Assembly (NCBI GenBank): GCA_010909165.1
Contig: MU008191.1
Span: 496,001 to 560,000, forward strand
Direction: 5' to 3'
DNA length: 64,000 nucleotides
Source: Anthoceros angustus
Lineage: Eukaryota > Plantae > Anthocerotophyta
The notes beneath the pieces were generated by a model, which was given only the letters and a program-made list of their open reading frames with translations, made no database searches and was not told the origin of the DNA. Shown piece by piece: positions 11,901 through 24,962 of this stretch; position 1 is the first letter of the stretch, and every line of letters begins with the position of its first letter. The translations under genes were made by a program, and so were the position numbers.

Positions 11901-14900
11901 CCTTGGTAAAATATCCGCCCCATGCGGTGGTCTAATATTTCGCCTATGCGTGGCATCCGGTACACGCTTTAACAAGGCTCGGTTTAAACCCCGTAGTCGA
12001 TACATAGACGCCACCTCCATCCGGTTTTCCCACCAACAACCTGGAGCACCAAGGGGAGACCAAGGTCGGATGAACCCTTGCTGTAAGAATTCGTCAACCT
12101 GACGCTTGATCTCCTCACTTTCTGATGCAGAGGCCCGGTAAGGTGGTATGCTCACCGGTTTATGACCAGGTACTAATTCGATGCCGTGGTCGATAGCTCT
12201 CCGGGGTGGCAGTCCTGTGGGTGCTGCGAAAACGTCCTCATACTCCGCCAACAGGTCCTTCATCTCCCGGGGTAAGGCTGCCTCATCTTCCCTGGCTTGG
12301 GCAAAGACGTGACTCACTGCTCCTTCTAAAGGGAGAACCTTTTGAGACGCTACATACAGGAACTTGCCGTGGGCGTAGCTTTACTAAGAGCCGACACGGC
12401 AAACAAGTGTTTGTCGGCACGTATTTGTCCCCTTTCATCACGTCTTTGTTCTTGGTTGAGGTTCACCTAACTACATTACTTGACTACCATCTCCAACCCA
12501 TTGGAGTGTTTGGCTAGCCAAGGTTTGCCAATGATCATGTCATGGCATGTGGTTGGCATCACTGTGAACTACCTGTAACCACCGGGAAGGCAACCTGCGG
12601 ATGTACTGCTCCTTGGTGTCTCGCCCATCCGTGGTCATTAGGATGTGTCCGTGTCCCGTATGACTAACCCCGCTGCATTAATGAGACATAGTGGTGACTA
12701 GCACGAGTCTAGCAAACTAGTGGCTTTCTCTCCATTCACCTCACTAACAACTTGATTGGCACATGATCCAGTTACATGGCTTGTTACGCCCATGGCACAA
12801 CCGAGACATCGCTGGAGCTGCTATGCTCACCTACCTCTTCTATGGTGACCGAGTGACCACTCTTGACATTGGAAGTCCGTCCTAGAGGTACGAGTAGACT
12901 TACCCGTTTCCTTAAGCCAGCGATGAACTCCTTCCTATGTGGGCAAGCCCGGATCCGTGGTCCTTCATCTCCGGTAAGGTGCCTCATCTTCCCCGGCTTG
13001 GGCACGTGACTCACTGTTCCTTCTAAAGGGAGAACCTTTTGAGGCGCTACATACGTGAACTTGCCGTGGGCAATAGCTTTACTAAACACGGCAAACAAGT
13101 GTTTTGCCGATGCGTGTTGTCCCCTTTCATCACGTCTTGTCTGGTTGAGGTTCGGCCTAACTACATTACTTGACGGTCTATCTCCAACCCATTGGAGTGT
13201 TTGGCTAGCCAAGGTTTGCCAATGATCATGTCATGGCACAGGTTGGCATCACTGTGAACTCCGGGACCTGCTGTAACCAGAAGGCAACCTGCGGATGTAC
13301 TGCTCCTTGCTTGGTGTCTCATCGCATTACCACGATGGGAGTGTCCGTGTCTGTATGACTAACCACCTTCTGCTGCGACTAATGAGACATAGTGGTGACT
13401 AGCACGAGTCTAGCAAACTAGTGGCTTTCTCCATTCGGTCTCACTAACAACTTGATTGGCACATGATCCAGTTACGGCCGGGCTTATTTACATGGCACAA
13501 CCGAGACAGGTGGCGTTGCGGCTCTACCTCTTCTATGGTGACCGAGTGACCACTCTTGACATTGGTACATAGGTAGAGTACGAGTAGACTTACCCGTTTC
13601 CTTAAGCGGCGATGAACTCCTTCCTATGTGGGCAAGCCCGGGATCCAAGTGATGCAGCCATCGGGTGAAACACAAGTGTTTCTCATGGTATTTCTTTTCT
13701 CCTCTTCGTGAGAATCTTGAATACGGGCTTCTTTTCTCACAGACTGCCACCATTTATCTCGGCCTCGACGCTCGCTGTGTGAGATGCTTGTATTTATTGC
13801 TACCGTAGTTGATAGCGGTTCTCATTGCATCGCCTGTGGTGTTTGGATCCGTTTGGTTCACGCCACCGAGATCATTCTTCGATGAACCGCTCGATCTTCG
13901 CTCTTCGCCCAAGCGGGCATGTCCAAGGTGAGTTGAAGAAATTTATCGCAATAGTCTTGAACTGCTCCTAGTTGTTGTATCTTCCAATCGGTGATAAAGC
14001 TCCTTCGATGGTTGGTGGGAGGAAGTTCTCCAAGAAGATCGCCGGAAGGACGACTGTGAGTAGATCGGCTTCTCCATTCCAATCTCCACTGCTCTCCCTC
14101 CGCCCACCACTGTAGGCATAGCCTCCAAGGACATAACACAAAATTGGATTTTTGAAGATCGTCCTTCTCCGTCGCGTCGTGTATTTGTCGAGCTTGTCCA
14201 ACCAATCGTGTACACTTGTGCATCCTTTTCATTGCCGTTGAATGTAGTCGCTCTACGCCTGTAATTCTTTGTCCAACTGCACGGGGTTTGAAGAGCGCCC
14301 CTTGCGACTCAATTCGCCTGCACGCCTTGCCCTTCCGTGCCTCCTGCTCATAGCGGAGGAGTTGCAGGCGTCTCACGGTGCCTTGATGTCTTGGTTATCA
14401 CCTTCGCTGTAAGAGCTCGACTACCAACTTCCTAAGGTTCCCCTCCGACTCAGTCCCTTGCTGGTCCCATCGCCCTTCGACGCCTTCCACCGCGCCTGAC
14501 TTTGTCCGTGGGCTTGTGCAGCGCATGTGTCTGGCAGTGTCTTGGTGGATCGGGCCCACGTTGGGGCCGGGTTGTGGGGATCATGGTGGATCAGCGCAGG
14601 ATCGCTGTTCCAAGGCTTGAGCACGCCACTCACCGGCGTTCCAGCCCGCCTTCTTCCAGTAGCGACTCTACCGGTTCGGCGACCTCCACGGAGCATCCGG
14701 TGTCCTGTGAAACGAGTTTCGGACACGCCCGCAGTTCTCTCCATTCCCTCACTAACAACTTGATTGGCACATGATCCAGTTACATGTGCTTACAGCCCAT
14801 GGCACAACTTCGAGACACCGCTGAGCTGCTATGCTCGCCTACTCCTTCTATGGTGACCGAGTGACCACTCACTTGACATTGGAAGTCCGTCCTAGAGGTA

Positions 14901-16550
14901 CGAGTAGACTTACCCGCTTCCTTAAGCCAGCGATGAACTCCTTCCTATGTGGGCAAGCCCGGATCCGTGGTCTGCAGTTAAGGGTGAAACACAAGTGTTT
15001 CTCATGGTATTTCTTTTCTCCTCGTGAGAATCTTGAATACGGGCTTCTTTTCTCACAGACGCCCCACCCCATCTCGGCCTCGACGCTCGCTGTGTTGAGA
15101 TGCTTGTATTTATTGCTACCGTAGTTGATAGCGGTTCTCATTGCATCGCCTGTGGTGTTTGATCCGTTTGGTTCACGCCACCGAGATCATTCTTCGTGCC
15201 GCCGATGAACTGCTCGATCTTCGCTCTTCGCCCAAGCGGGCATGTCCAAGGTGAGTTGAAGAAATTTATCGCAATAGTCTTGAACTGCTCCTAGTTGTTG
15301 TATCTTCCAATCGGTGATAAAGCTCCTTCGATGGTTGGTGGGAGGAAGTTCTCCAAGAAGATCGCCGGAAGGACGACTGTGAGTAGATCGGCTTCTCCAT
15401 TCCAATCTCCACTGCTCTCCCTCCGCCCACCACTGTAGGCATAGCCTCCAAGGACATAACACAAAATTGGATTTTTGAAGATCGTCCTTCTCCGTCGCGT
15501 CGTGTATTTGTCGAGCTTGTCCAACCAATCGTGTACACTTGTGCATCCTTTTCATTGCCGTTGAATGTAGTCGCTCTACGCCTGTAATTCTTTGTCCAAC
15601 TGCACGGGGTTTGAAGAGCGCCCCTTGCGACTCAATTCGCCTGCACGCCTTGCCCTTCCGTGCCTCCTGCTCATAGCGGAGGAGTTGCAGGCGTCTCACG
15701 GTGCCTTGATGTCTTGGTTATCACCTGTAAGAGCTCGACTACCAACTTCCTAAGGTTCCCCTCCGACTCAGTCCCTTGCTGGTCCCATCGCCCTTCGACG
15801 CCTTCCACCGCGCCTGACTTTGTCCGTGGGCTTGTGCAGCGCATGTGTCTGGCAGTGTCTTGGTGGATCGGGCCCACGTTGGGGCCGGGTTGTGGGGATC
15901 ATGGTGGATCAGCGCAGGGATCGCTGTTCCAAGGCTTGAGCACGCCACTCACCGGCGTTCCAGCCCGCCTTCTTCCAGTAGCGACTCTACCGGTTCGGCG
16001 ACCTCCACGGAGCATCCGGTGTCCTGTGAAACGAGTTTCGGACACGCCCGCAGTTCTCTCCAAGCTCGCGGTGCGCTCTTCTAATCGACACCGGAGAGCC
16101 TCTTGCAGGTGTGATGCTTCTGTGGCTTTGGTTGGCTGGACTACGGGCGCATGCTCGTGGAGCGACTCGTTTGGCTGTGGGATTGCGGGGCCGTTCTTCT
16201 TCCTTGGTCGGCCGCGTTTGCGTGGGAGTGCTGCATATTCACCGTGGCATCCTGCGCCTCAATGTCGCCGACGCCTCGTAACTGCACCGCCGCCCGTGAT
16301 TGTCGCCGGCGCCCGCTGCCTTCTCTCGACTTGTGTCTCCGTATCCTCTGCGGGGACTAGTCCAAGAGTACGCACTGTCACCTGCCGATCGGACGGAGGT
16401 CCGCCTACCTCCGCGCAGTACTAATTCCATCCAGCAGCTCTTCGTCCTGGCTGGAGATCCGTCTCCACCTCTTGTGGTGAGATGTGATCGCTCATGGTTG
16501 GCGTGCCGTTCCGGCAGCAATCGATTGCTTTAATTGTAGGCTCGATACAA

Positions 16551-16907
16551 TGCAACAATCCTCGGAAGCTCGGTCCGAGGAGTTATGAGTCTAGGAATGG
16601 CCGCTTTCATTCTTGTTTCGTGTACATATAGGTCCCGGCCTCGTTCATGCCAAGAACTCTTGGAGGTAACCGAATCGGGTTACCGGACCGTTCTACCCAC
16701 GATTCTAATTTACGGGCATTTACCCATATTAATCGACTATTTCCTAATTACGACCGGGTTAGTCCGGTTTCACCGTTTCTACCGTTAGTAAGTCCGCCAT
16801 TATACGTCCGGCGCTACTATTTCCGTCCCGTTAGGTTGCTAGCACCTGCGCCATAGCGAGACGAAGTTTGTGTGGGTACCCTATCTGATGAGTGAGCTGC
16901 TGTGACA
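16551..16907 (-). repeat. 5' LTR of chromovirus copy 1
   Basis: Direct repeat of 7008-7373; degenerate PBS complement (ggctcgataca) immediately to the left. Confidence 0.9.
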
Positions 16908-17017
16908 TAGACCCAGTTGATCCATTAAACAAGTGCATGACAAATGTCGGATTGAGTGACGGGAACCTGCACAAAGGAGGTGACTAATTTCTTCCGACAC
17001 TCTAGGTCTAACACACG

Positions 17018-19329
17018 CCCTAATAGAAAGGGCAGCCTATATTACAGTCATTGTTGCAATTTTATATTACACTTCTAGATTGCAACATGCTTAGGAGGCT
17101 TGGTATTAAGTTGGTCACTTTCTTTCCTATGTGGTGCCACCATCTTAACACAAACTTGGCTCTCTCTCCTACCACCTCACCCTCATAATTATACCCCCTC
17201 TCCTACAAGCATTGTTTATGATTTCCTACATGCAATTGCAACATGAATGTAACAAGGAGCCCCCTCTCTCTCCCCTATCATCCTCCTCTCTTTATGACAC
17301 CCCCTTTGGAGAACTATTTGCTTATGTTTCACCCTGCCCTCTTCATTACACCCTCTCTTACAACTATTTGTTCATGTTGCCCACACCAAAACATTATTGT
17401 CACATGGTCTAGCAACTCTCACATTTCCCTCCTACCTCGTAACTTCACCATTGCTTTATCAATGTTTTTACTTGACCATAGCTATTCACGGGTTGAAGAC
17501 TAACTTGTTTTTGGTTTCAACCAGTCCTACAATGATAATAAATGTGCACCCTTCCATTGTGCACTTATATTCATGATAAAATACAGGATATGTATATACT
17601 TATATGTAGATAAATATAGGGGATAAGTATATGTAGATAAAAATATTATATTAATATTATTAAATATGATTATATATGATCATTAATTTAATTTAATTTA
17701 TATTAAGGTATAAATTACTTATCAATCGGGCCATCAATGCCAAACGTTAAAATTTAGCTTAGCACCCATCAATACTCCCTACTACCGTACCCCGAGGGGT
17801 GGTTCAACAGGATAATGCCAAAATAATTATTTTTTGAAAAAATAAGGTCCAACATAAATATTTATATTTTTCAAAATTTCAACATTTACAAAAATAATTT
17901 TATCAAATTTCAACATTTATTAAAATACATAGATATATATATAAAACTAATGGATATGTATAGACCTCCCCTAAACAGGCCCTAATTTTCCACACAAACC
18001 CTAATTTCCTTGTTTTCGGCATCATAAATTCATAAATTTTTACCTATTCAACATTTTAAGTATAATAATTTCTGGATTTTCAACATTTACCAACTTTAAT
18101 TAATTAACGCCGAATCACCCCTTGGGGTACGGTAGTATAGACCGAGATCAAATCCTAAACTTCCTAATTCTAAGAAATATGACTTAACCAATTTACTATT
18201 TTAGTTGGAGCATTAAGATCCCGGGATTTATTTGTACGAAAAACATAAATATAATATTATTTGCCTATGTCTAAGTTTGTGGGCGCGGGGCTCACTCTGC
18301 ATTCGGAGGACAGATTCAAAAGAGAAGGCGGAGGAGGAGAAGGGAGGGCGAGAGGGAAGGAGGAGGAGGGGGAAAGCGAAAGGACAGGAGGGGGAGACTA
18401 TGATGTGGAGTTGATGCGTAACTCCTCTACCTCAGATGAGTAGTAGCCAACAGCAGCCATGGTCAAGGCAAGGGCAAAAAGGCACGTAACGGACATGAGG
18501 AGTTGTCTAAGGGGAGAGAGAAGAAGGGAGGACTAGGGGGGAACATTCAGGTGCGTTAAAAAAGAGCCAGGGGAAGTCGACAGTTCGTGGCCGTAGGGGG
18601 GACACATAATGGCGGTGACACAGAGGAGAAGATGGAGGCAGAAGAGGAGGCAGTCGATGAAATTCAAGATGTGCCTTTTTAGGAGGCATTGGATAGAGAA
18701 AAATAGGCTGTTGTGCTAGAAATTTGGGGCATAAAGATGCGTCGAGATTTGCACAAATGGTAAATACAAAGTACTATATAATGAACATGTACAGACCAGC
18801 ATACGTACGTAACTTGTATGACATACATATTTATTGCATACAAAATATAATATGAACATATATCATTAAAACTATGATACCATATATATCACCGTAAATT
18901 ATACACATATAGTACGAAGAACGTATTGATACAGGTATTTATGTGTGGTGGTATTGATGGGCGTATTAGTAGTAAGGACTATGTAAAACTTGGTATTCCA
19001 TAAGGTAAAAGTAAAAAAAGAATGGTAGATGGGGAGGAGGTTCGGTACCAAGCCTAGAAAAGTGTTACAAGACTTTTCTTGTAACACTTTATATGTTACA
19101 ATCTTGTTGCAATCTTGAGAGAGGACAAAAGCACCTCTCACTTCATCTCAACATAATTGCAACACCCTTGCAACATGATTGCAATAAAAGCGTTGGTCTT
19201 GTTTGCAAGCCGAAGTGTAACAAGGGGCCCAAAAAGTGTTACATAGCCCCAAAATTGCAACATGAGTGTTACATGCAGGGGTCCAAATCTTAACATAAAA
19301 TGTAACACAAGCAGACTTTTCTAGTAGGG
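17018..19329. mobile_element. Possible non-autonomous CMC/CACTA-like element
   Basis: Imperfect TIRs CCCTAATAGAAAGGGCAGC versus CCCTACTAGAAAAGTCTGC (15/19). Clustered subterminal TGTTACA/TGTAACA/TTGCAACA motifs at 17040-17260 and 19060-19310. No exact 3-bp TSD (acg versus agg). Confidence 0.4.
17782..18135. mobile_element. Stowaway/Tc1-mariner-type MITE
   Basis: TA|CTACCGTACCCCGAGGGGTGGTTC ... GAATCACCCCTTGGGGTACGGTAG|TA: 24-bp TIRs (22/24 match), TA TSD, AT-rich non-coding interior. Confidence 0.8.
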
Positions 19330-19533
19330 AGGGGCGTCGGCCTGCTTGCGCCCTTGGTCCATTACCAGGCATAAACCACTGAACTTGAGGGGTCCCAAGT
19401 TCATGGTTGTCACGGAGAGCAGGCCTCCGACGCCCGAAGTCCTTGTCGGGGTTGTAAGCAATAGTCGACACCAACATCGAAGCTCCTAGACAGTGCTTGC
19501 AAAATTCATTCGCTCATCCTCAATTTTATCTTG

Positions 19534-19933
19534 TGCAACAATCCTCAGATGCTCGGGATCTGAGGAGTTGGGCTGATGAGTCCATGAATGGCTATCTTTC
19601 ATTCTTGTTTCTCGTGTACATATAGGTCCTGGCCTCGTTCATGCCAAGAACTCTTGGAGGTAACCGAATCGGGTTACTGTTTCGACCGTTGTACCTACGA
19701 TTCTAATTTATGGGCATTTACCCATATTTAATCGGCTATTTCCTAATTACTGGATAACGATCGGGGTTAGTTTGGGTTTTACCGTTTCTACCTGTTAGTA
19801 AGTTTGTTATTATACGGTCCGTTGCGCGCTGCTGTTTCCGTCCCGTTAGGTTGCTAGCACCTGCGCCATGGCGAGACGAAGTTTACAAACTTCGTTTGTG
19901 GGTACCCTATCTGACGAGTGAGCTGCTGTGACA
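19534..19933 (-). repeat. 3' LTR of copy 2 (LTR plus flanks repeated twice more to ~20980 as error-rich copies)
   Basis: TGCAACAATCC...TGTGACA then the PPT complement ttctcccccactagg (19934-19948). Confidence 0.9.
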
Positions 19934-20979
19934 TTCTCCCCCACTAGGCATGGTCTGGTCCTCCTGACCATCAAGTGGCTGGAGCTAAGGAAATCTGCGA
20001 CACCAGTGCTTGCAAAATTCATTCGCTCATCCTCAATTTTATCTTGTAACAATCCTCGGATGCTCGGATCCGAGGAGTTAGGCCGATGGAGTCCATGAAT
20101 GGCTATCTTTCATTCTTGTTTCTCGTGTACATATAGGTCCCGGCCTCGTTCATGCCAAGAACTCTTGGAGGTAACCGAATCGGTTCTTTCGACCGCTGTA
20201 CCTATTCTAATTTATGGGCATTTACCCATATTTAATCGGCTATTTCTAATTGGATAACGATCGGGGTTAGTTTGGGTTTTACCGTTTCTACCGTTAGTAA
20301 GTTTGTTATTACCACGGTCCGTTCTTGTTTCTTCCGTCCCGTTAGGTTGCTAGCACCGCGCCATGGCGAGGCAAGTTTACAAACTTCGCTTTGTGGGTAC
20401 CCTATCGACGAGTGAGCCGCGTGACATTCTCCCCACTAGGCATGGTCCGGTCCTCCCGACCATCAAGTGGCGGAGCTAAGGAAATCTGCGACACCAGTGC
20501 TTGCAAAATTCATTCGCTCATCCTCAATTTTATCTTGTAACAATCTCGGATGCTCGGATCCGAGGAGTTAGGCCGATGGAGTCCATGAATGGCTATCTTT
20601 CATTCTTGTTTCTCGTGTACATATAGGTCCCGGCCTCGTTCATGCCAAGAACTCTTGGAGGTAACCGAATCGGTTCTTTCGACCGCTGTACCTATTCTAA
20701 TTTATGGGCATTTACCCATATTTAATCGGCTATTTCTAATTGGATAACGATCGGGGTTAGTTTGGGTTTTACCGTTTCTACCGTTAGTAAGTTTGTTATT
20801 ACCACCACGTCAAGCTGGCCCCTGCTAGGTTGCTAGCACCGCGCCATGGCGAGAGTTTACAAACTTCGTTTGTGGGTACCCTATCTGACGAGTGAGCTGC
20901 TGTGACATTCTCCCCCACTAGGCATGGTCTGGTCCTCCTGACCATCAAGGGTAAGCTGGAGCTAAGGAAATCTGCGACA

Positions 20980-21105
20980 CCAGGCTGCTGTTTCCCAGGA
21001 TGCAAGCTCGTCGGGTTTGCCGCGCCAGCCGACCAGATAATCTGTGATGGTGCGATGGCGGAGCTAGCGTTGGCGACGCTGGATGATCCGGTCAGGTTCC
21101 TGGAT
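20980..21105 (-). pseudogene. Integrase C-terminal chromodomain
   Basis: QEPDRIIQRRQR*LRHRTITDYLVGWRGKPDELASWETAA, the YLVxWxG..SWE chromodomain signature, with one in-frame TAG (probably CAG>TAG). Confidence 0.85.
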
Positions 21106-21388
21106 GGAGGTCTCTTGCTGCTCGTTTGGTGGTGTGCTAGGTGGAGAGGGGAGGGTCGGGCTGTCTTGATGCGTTGCCGAGCTGACATCTGCGTTGTCCT
21201 GTGGCAACATTTCAGGAACAACGGTTGCACGAGGGGCTGTTTCGCGACTAACCTGGGGCCCGATCATGCTCTGCTGTAGGTGTGGTGGTTGTGTGACGAC
21301 GGGCTTCAGCATGGAGACATGGAATGTCTTACATATGCGCTAGTGTGCGGGGAGCTCGAGCTAGAACGCCACCAGGTTCACCTGCCTG

Positions 21389-22057
21389 CTAACGGAATGG
21401 TCCGGCGAATCGGTAGCTAAGTTTGTGCTTCTGCTGAACCAGGGAGGGGTATCGATGCGGTTTCATCCGAAGCCACACCATCTGCCCGACCTGGTAGCTC
21501 ACATGTCGGCGGTGCTGGTTAGCCGACCTGCTATATCGATTCTGAGCTGCCGTGAGCTTGCTACGTGCTTGCTGGATTTCGTGGAACACGTCTTCAGCCA
21601 GCTCCGCTACGCTCTGCCATCTCTCTTGTGCCGAGGGCCATAGACCAGGCGGAGGGGGGCACGCGCCATAAAGGAGCTTGAAGGGAGCTACCCCTGTGGC
21701 TGCATGGTGGGAAGAATTGTAGGCGTACTCCAAGAGAGGTAACATGGTTTCCCACTGTCCTTGCTTGTCGTGAGTGAAGTGCCGCAACATATCTTCAAGC
21801 ACCTGATTGTGCTTTTCTGTCTGGCCGTCCGACTCCGGGTGACATGAGGACGAGAGATGCTGTTGGATGCCCAGCGTCTCTGTGAAGGTCTTCCAGAAGC
21901 CTGAGGTAAACTTCGTATCCCTGTCGGACACTATACTGTCCGGAGCTCCATGAAGTCTGAAAATCTCTCGGATGAAGAGCTGAGCTAGTTTTGCTGGTGT
22001 AACATTGGCTGTGGTAGGGATCAAGTGGCAGGTCTTGGACAGGCGGTCCATGACCAC
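21389..22057 (-). pseudogene. Integrase rve core and GPF/Y motif of copy 2
   Basis: IVSDRDTKFTS, HPESDGQTE, EYAYNSS, KLSYRFAGPF. Confidence 0.93.
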
Positions 22058-24962
22058 CCGGAATCATCCTTACTCCGTCTGGCGGATGTGTGATAAAGTC
22101 CATGGAGATGGGGAATGCCGATGGGGATCTGCGGAAATATGAGACATTTGTTTCCGATTCTCGGTCTTAGCTTCTTGGCAAGAGGTGCGAGGCGCGCAAT
22201 TAATGGCATCGACCGCGACATCGATAAAATGCTCCTTTACTCTAGCATATGTCTTATCGACTCCAAGATGGCCGAGATGGGTGATCGTGGAGATCATGAA
22301 GAATGGACCTCTTCACATACGCTAGTTGTTCGGTATAACGAGTCGACCTTTTTCTGTCTATACGCATCTTTCAATGTGTATTCTTGCATGAGTGGGGTAG
22401 GTGTACCTGATTGTACATCTGTTAACAACTGCTGATAAATTGTCCATAATGTCGGGTCTCGAGGGAGAGCCTCTCTCACCAAGCTGATGGTGTTGAGCTG
22501 GGTTGTCATGAGGGTGCAGGCCCGGCGGCTCAGGGCGTCGGCCACCACATTAGTGTCCCTGTGACATATCTGATTTCGAAATTCAAGTCTGCCAAATACT
22601 CCGACCAACGGCGCTGCCTTGCGTTCAGGTTGGGTTGACTGAAAAAGTGCTGCAATGAATGATGATTGGTGTGGCATGTGAACTTCTGACCAAGCAGGTA
22701 ATGTCGCCAAGTTCTCAGTGCGTGCACTATGGCCAACATCTCTTTGTCATGTACGGCGTAGTTCAACTGGGCACCCTACTGACTGTGACTCGAGGCAATG
22801 ACCTTGCCCTCACAGAATCGCCCATGGCGAAGTCCAAGCATCGGTGTGTCTGAATCTGGTAACTTTGGATTGGCTACGCTAGTGTGTTGTACTCAGAGCC
22901 TCCTTGAGGGCCTGAAAAGCTTGTACTGCTGTAGGTCCTAACAGAAGCTCTTTGCTGGCAGATTGGCGGAGCGCGTCCGTCAATGGGACAGCAATCTTGC
23001 TGTAATCCCTGATAAACCTCCGGTAGAAGCCAGATATGCCCAGGAACCCACGCAGCTGTGTGATATCCTGGGGCAGCTTCCACTCCGATATCGCTTTGAT
23101 TTTTCTGGTGTCCACCTTGATACCATCTGCACTGATCAGATGGCCTAGGTATTCACATTCCTCCTTCATAAATACACATTTGCTGCGTTTTGCGGAGCTT
23201 GTTCTTGCGTAGGAGATCAAACACCTTCCTAACCAACTCATAATGGCCTGCAGGATCGCCGTAGTATATTAGGATGTCGTCGAGGAAGACCTCAACGCCA
23301 CTGCCAAGGAGGGGACGCGGGATCTCCCGCATTAGACACCGAAAGGTGGTGGTGCATTTGTGAGGCGGCATCACGATGAACTCAGTGCCCATGTCTCGTC
23401 ACGAGCTTTATATTCATCCCTTCTACGATTCGAATCGATGGAAGCCGAGCGCAGATCCACCTTGATAAAATATCTCGCCCCATGCAGCTGGTTTAATATT
23501 TCATCTATGCGTGGCATACATGCTTCTAGGTTTGGTTTAAACCCCTGTAGTCGATACATAGACGCCAGCCTCCATCTGGTTTGCCCACCAACAACACTGG
23601 AGCACCGAAGGGGGAGACCGAAGGCCGGATGAACCCTTGCTGTAAGAATTCGTCATCCTGTGGGTGCTGCGAAAACGTCCTCAAACTCCGCTAGCAGGTC
23701 CTTCATCTCCTGTGGTAAGGCTGCCTCATCTTCCCTGGCTTGAGCAGCACGTGACTCTGCTGTTCCTTCTAAAGGGAGAACCTTTTGAGACGTGCTACAT
23801 ACGTGAAATTGCCATGGGCGGTAGCTTTACTAAGAGTCGACAACAAACAAGTGTTTGTCGGGGCATGTTGTCCCCTTTCATCACGTGCTGTTGCTGGTTG
23901 AGGTTCAGCCTAGCTACATTACTTGACCAGTCTATCTCCAACCCATTGGAGTGTTTGGCTAGCCAAGGTTTGCCAATGATCATGTCATGGCACAGGGTTG
24001 GCATCACTGAGAACTCCAAGACCTCTGTGTAACCACCGAGGAAGGCAACTTCTGCAGATGTACATTGCTCCTTGCCGGTGTCTCGCCCATCCGTGGTTAC
24101 CATAGTGGATGGGGATGTCCGTGTCTGTATGACTAACCTCGCCTTTCTCGCTGCAGCCAATGAGACATAGTGGTGACTAGCACCAGAGTCTAGCAAACTA
24201 GTAGCTTTCTCTCCATTCAATCTCACTAACAACTTGATTGGCACATGATCCATGTTGCATAGCCCGTGCTTGTTACAACCATGGCACAACCGAGACACTG
24301 GTGAATTTTGCTGACTACCACTCTTCTATGGTGGTGAGTGACCACTCTTGACATTGGAAGTCTGTCCGTAAGTGCAGTAGACTTACCCGCTTCCTTAAGC
24401 CGGATGAACCCTTGTCAGAAGAATTGCCATCCTGGGTGCTGCGTCCTCAAACTCCGCTAGCAGGTCCTTCATCTCCTGTGGTAAGGCTGCCTCATCTTCC
24501 TCGGCTTGAGCAAAGACGTGACTACTGCTCCTTCTAAAGGGAGAACCTTTTGAGACGTACACGTGAAATTGCCATGGGCGTAGCTTTACTAAGAGCGACA
24601 ACAAACAAGTGTTTGTGGGGCATATTTGTCCCCTTTCATCACGTGTTGCACTTGGTTGAGGTTCAAATTTTAGCTACATTACTTGACTACCTATCTCCAA
24701 TCCATTGGAGTGTTTGGCTAGCCAAGGTTTGCCAATGATCATGTCATGGCATGTGGTTGGCATCAGAACTCAAGACCTCCGTGTAACCACCGGAAGGCAA
24801 CTTCTGCAGATGTACATTGCTCCTTGCTTGTCCGCCCATCCGTGGTCAAGTACCATAGTGGATGATGTCTGTGTCATGACTAACCTCGCTCTTTACCTTA
24901 ATGAGACATAGTGGTGACTAGCACGAGTCTAGCAAACTAGTAGCTTTCTCCATTCAATCTCA

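Larger units (their letters stand above)
7008..16907 (-). mobile_element. Ty3/Gypsy chromovirus LTR retrotransposon, copy 1 (full length; internal duplications probably assembly artefacts)
   Basis: LTRs 7008-7373 and 16551-16907 with TG...CA ends. 5-bp TSD TAGAC at 7003-7007 and 16908-16912. Minus-strand gag, protease, RT (MPFGLTNAPATFQ, FLDDILIY), RNase H (HDKEMLAIV) and integrase. Confidence 0.95.

Noticed and set aside
19490-20980. Genuine triple-LTR or tandem TRIM structure
   Set aside because: Each unit includes host flanking DNA and the extra copies are error-rich; more likely assembly stutter.
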